From positions 7,597 through 71,596 of the forward strand of contig JAHYIS010000004.1 of the NCBI GenBank assembly GCA_019429385.1: 64,000 bases of DNA, given 5' to 3'. The stretch comes from ANME-2 cluster archaeon (GTDB lineage Archaea; Halobacteriota; Methanosarcinia; Methanosarcinales; Methanocomedenaceae). The notes under the pieces were generated by a model that was not told where the DNA came from, ran no database searches, and saw only the letters and a list, made by a program, of their open reading frames with translations. A program made the position numbers and the translations under genes. Shown here in pieces: positions 61,616 to 64,000 of the stretch; the stretch's first letter is position 1; each line of letters begins with the position of its first letter.

Positions 61616-62008
61616 TCACATTTTGTGTTGCAGGACATATCCCATGCCTATGGTGAAAATGGGCATCATGAGGTAGCGTAAGCCGATATCTGTGAAATAT
61701 TGGGTAATCGTCATAGGGAAGAATCCCATTGACACAAGACCCAGGTCAAAGACAAGACTTATTGCAAGCCATACTATTCCAATGGTAATTCCCTCTCGTA
61801 CATAATTTTCATTGATATCCTTGAAGTACATTACTGCGAGAGTTACACCCACCAACCCGCCTACTAATATCATTATTGTTTTGAAAAATGTCTCAGGTAT
61901 CAGGAAGTTACCACCTGCATCCACGAATGGGATTCCTGCGATAAAAGGAATTAACCATAAAAGAAATCCGAAAAGAATTATCTTTAGATATTTATTCATA
62001 TATACCAC
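61616..62008 (-). CDS. 4-TM membrane protein
   Basis: Hydrophobic; YF.DIGLRY near the C-terminus; GGAG RBS. Confidence 0.75.
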   Translation of the reverse strand: MVYMNKYLKIILFGFLLWLIPFIAGIPFVDAGGNFLIPETFFKTIMILVGGLVGVTLAVMYFKDINENYVREGITIGIVWLAISLVFDLGLVSMGFFPMTITQYFTDIGLRYLMMPIFTIGMGYVLQHKM

Positions 62009-62207
62009 TCCTTATATTTCCTTTGTTATCGGGAACAAGCAACATCTTACATATTTTTGTGGTTACTTGTATGCTCAAAGATATATATGAAATATTATAA
62101 AATATTATCCGCAGTCCTTAGCCAAAATGAAGAGCTTGTAAAGGGTTAAGCACATCAAGTTCTATTCTTAATCAACATTAATACCAGGACAACAATACTT
62201 TAGAGAG

Positions 62208-62918
62208 GTGGTGACCTTAACAGCACCCACAATCCAAACCATGCTCACCAACAGAGAAAAAGAACTGCATGACCTCATCCGGTATCCGGCAGAAAAACTC
62301 GCCAGCATTATCAGGGAAATAGGATTCGAGTGCGATCTGTGCGGTCGCTGCTGTACAGAAGAATTCAATGACCACGTATTCCTGCTCGATACCGATACTG
62401 CCCTTATCAAACAGATAGACCCCTCTGCATTAACACCAGCCCCCTACTTCGAGTTCTGCGACCAGCACGGGAAGTTCTATGTATCGGGCTATGCCCTGAA
62501 AAGCAAACCTGGCGGTGCATGTTATTTCCTGGAAGGAGGGCGGTGCCGCATATATTCCCAACGCCTTTCGATATGTCGCATCTATCCTTATATGCTGCAC
62601 AGGGAAGCAGATGAGGCAGGGATTGTGGACTGGCGGCAGGTCAGCGGTTTGAACGAACACGGATGTTACTATTCAGAGATAGGAGAGAACGAGGCTGGAG
62701 AGATAGCAAAGGATACCATGGATTATGAAAAGTCATTCCTGGAACAGGAGATCCGTTTCCTGAAAGCCATAGATATCCACTTTCGTAAGAATGGACTCAG
62801 GCATGTTCAAAGAATGTATGACCGGCAGATGAGACTCAGCCGGGAAGGAGAAAGGATAGAGGTCTGGGTTTTTTACAATGGCACATTTGAGATAAACAGG
62901 CTACCTGCAGAACAATAA
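62208..62918 (+). CDS. YkgJ-like CxxCxxCC cysteine-cluster protein
   Basis: FECDLCGRCC, CYFL...CRIY..R..ICRIYPY. Confidence 0.85.
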   Translation: MVTLTAPTIQTMLTNREKELHDLIRYPAEKLASIIREIGFECDLCGRCCTEEFNDHVFLLDTDTALIKQIDPSALTPAPYFEFCDQHGKFYVSGYALKSKPGGACYFLEGGRCRIYSQRLSICRIYPYMLHREADEAGIVDWRQVSGLNEHGCYYSEIGENEAGEIAKDTMDYEKSFLEQEIRFLKAIDIHFRKNGLRHVQRMYDRQMRLSREGERIEVWVFYNGTFEINRLPAEQ

Positions 62919-62925
62919 AAGTGTG

Positions 62926-63222
62926 TCAATGATGAAACGTTGTTTTCATCCTTTGACTGAACCCCTCATTGACTATATTCACGAAATGTTTAAAGAATAG
63001 AGCGAATCCTGTTATTGCCAGCAAAATCCCTATTCCAAAGATGGTTTGTTGTGACAGAGATGTCGGAAGCCTTGTATTTTTGTCCTCATAACCGGTAATT
63101 TCCCTGGGGATGGAGAAAAAATCCAGAAGCACAGGGGAAAACAATAGCAGTAAAAGAGCTATAATGACCAGTACGAATCCCGTACTAACTTCATCTACAT
63201 CTTGATTTCGGTTTCTTATCAT
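62926..63222 (-). CDS. Small 2-TM membrane protein
   Basis: GAGGTG RBS before MIRN; two hydrophobic segments. Confidence 0.6.
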   Translation of the reverse strand: MIRNRNQDVDEVSTGFVLVIIALLLLLFSPVLLDFFSIPREITGYEDKNTRLPTSLSQQTIFGIGILLAITGFALFFKHFVNIVNEGFSQRMKTTFHH

Positions 63223-63319
63223 CTTTGACACCTCACATGTCAAGATAATAATATATGTTAGAGACTATCGGTAATAAATCCTTTCCTTCAATAATTGAAA
63301 ACATTAGCCATTTAAAAGA

Positions 63320-63514
63320 TTATTCAATGATGACAATTTGATAGTCCCTGTCAATCAACCATGCATGGAACTCGTGCGCCTTGCATTTCTGGCACTCTTC
63401 CTTCCTTACTACGTCAATGGCCATCTGGTCGGGAGCCACATTTATCTTCAGTTGGGAAGGACACCGGATGTCCCTGCAAAATTCCCGCTTCTGGTATTCC
63501 CTGACAATCTCCAT
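63320..63514 (-). CDS. Small Cys/His-rich protein
   Basis: FCRDIRC...CQKCKAHEFH.WL; AGGAG RBS; follows the dehydrogenase. Confidence 0.7.
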   Translation of the reverse strand: MEIVREYQKREFCRDIRCPSQLKINVAPDQMAIDVVRKEECQKCKAHEFHAWLIDRDYQIVIIE

Positions 63515-63529
63515 TCATTACACTCCTTA

Positions 63530-64000
63530 CTATTTCTGGGGTTCGATAATTATTTTCATGGATTCACCAGCACCCGCCACACGTTTGAACCCCTCACCGG
63601 TATCAGCAAGGCCGAATCGGTGAGTGATCATAGCATTGACCTCAACCCTGCCTGCACGTATCAACTCGATGGCTGCCGTAATATCCATCGGACTGGCGCC
63701 GTATGAATGAACAATACAGACCTCATTCTTCCACAGGTCAAATACCGGTAAAGGCACCGTTACCCCGGGTTCGGGCGAGGCGAAGAACAAAATGGTGCCA
63801 CCCCGCTCCACCGATGCCAGCGCCTGGGTTATGGCTGGCACGGCACCGGTACAGATAATTACTACATCGGCCAGGTGGCCGTCATTGAGTTCCATCAGGC
63901 GCCCAGGCACATTATCCTGTGCATTGATAACCTGTGCCCCGGAATTTGATGCCATATCCAGCCTGTACGGATTAATATCCGTGGCAAATATGCTGCCGGC
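63530..64000 (-). CDS. Zn-dependent alcohol/polyol dehydrogenase (MDR), 5' part outside the window
   Basis: ATDINPYRL, ADVVIICTGA, GGTILFF, MITHRFGL, SMKIII.P. Confidence 0.88.
   Translation of the reverse strand, partial: AGSIFATDINPYRLDMASNSGAQVINAQDNVPGRLMELNDGHLADVVIICTGAVPAITQALASVERGGTILFFASPEPGVTVPLPVFDLWKNEVCIVHSYGASPMDITAAIELIRAGRVEVNAMITHRFGLADTGEGFKRVAGAGESMKIIIEPQK

Noticed and set aside
1..64000. Genome-wide TAG reassignment in the host
   Set aside because: Several conserved genes end in TAG at their expected C-termini; in-frame TAGs were seen only in the IS.

Overview
Chromosomal window of a methanogen-type archaeon, most consistent with Methanosarcinales (inferred from TBP, aIF-1A-RIO1-KH, MCM, Hel308, deoxyhypusine synthase, DapL and System I cytochrome c maturation genes with a CxxxY-type CcmE). 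It is mostly housekeeping, with about 65 CDS, one tRNA-Ile(GAT) and one IS. Best lead: an unannotated 21-aa Cys-rich peptide gene (24825-24890, MVIRKVKKANKGTCKCHVSCA) with its own RBS, directly behind a radical SAM/SPASM enzyme carrying an RRE-like N-terminus, i.e. a candidate archaeal RiPP system. Other leads: an IS whose transposase frame is broken only by two in-frame TAG codons and carries PIP-box-like motifs; aIF-1A apparently starting at CTG behind a structured leader; an ORB-like box upstream of mcm; a five-site palindromic operator linking a BlaI/CopY repressor to the ccm genes; a bacterial-type queA-tgt pair; 36-bp and 57-bp tandem arrays; and a structured element 3' of tRNA-Ile. All family calls come from motif recognition by eye; no searches were run.
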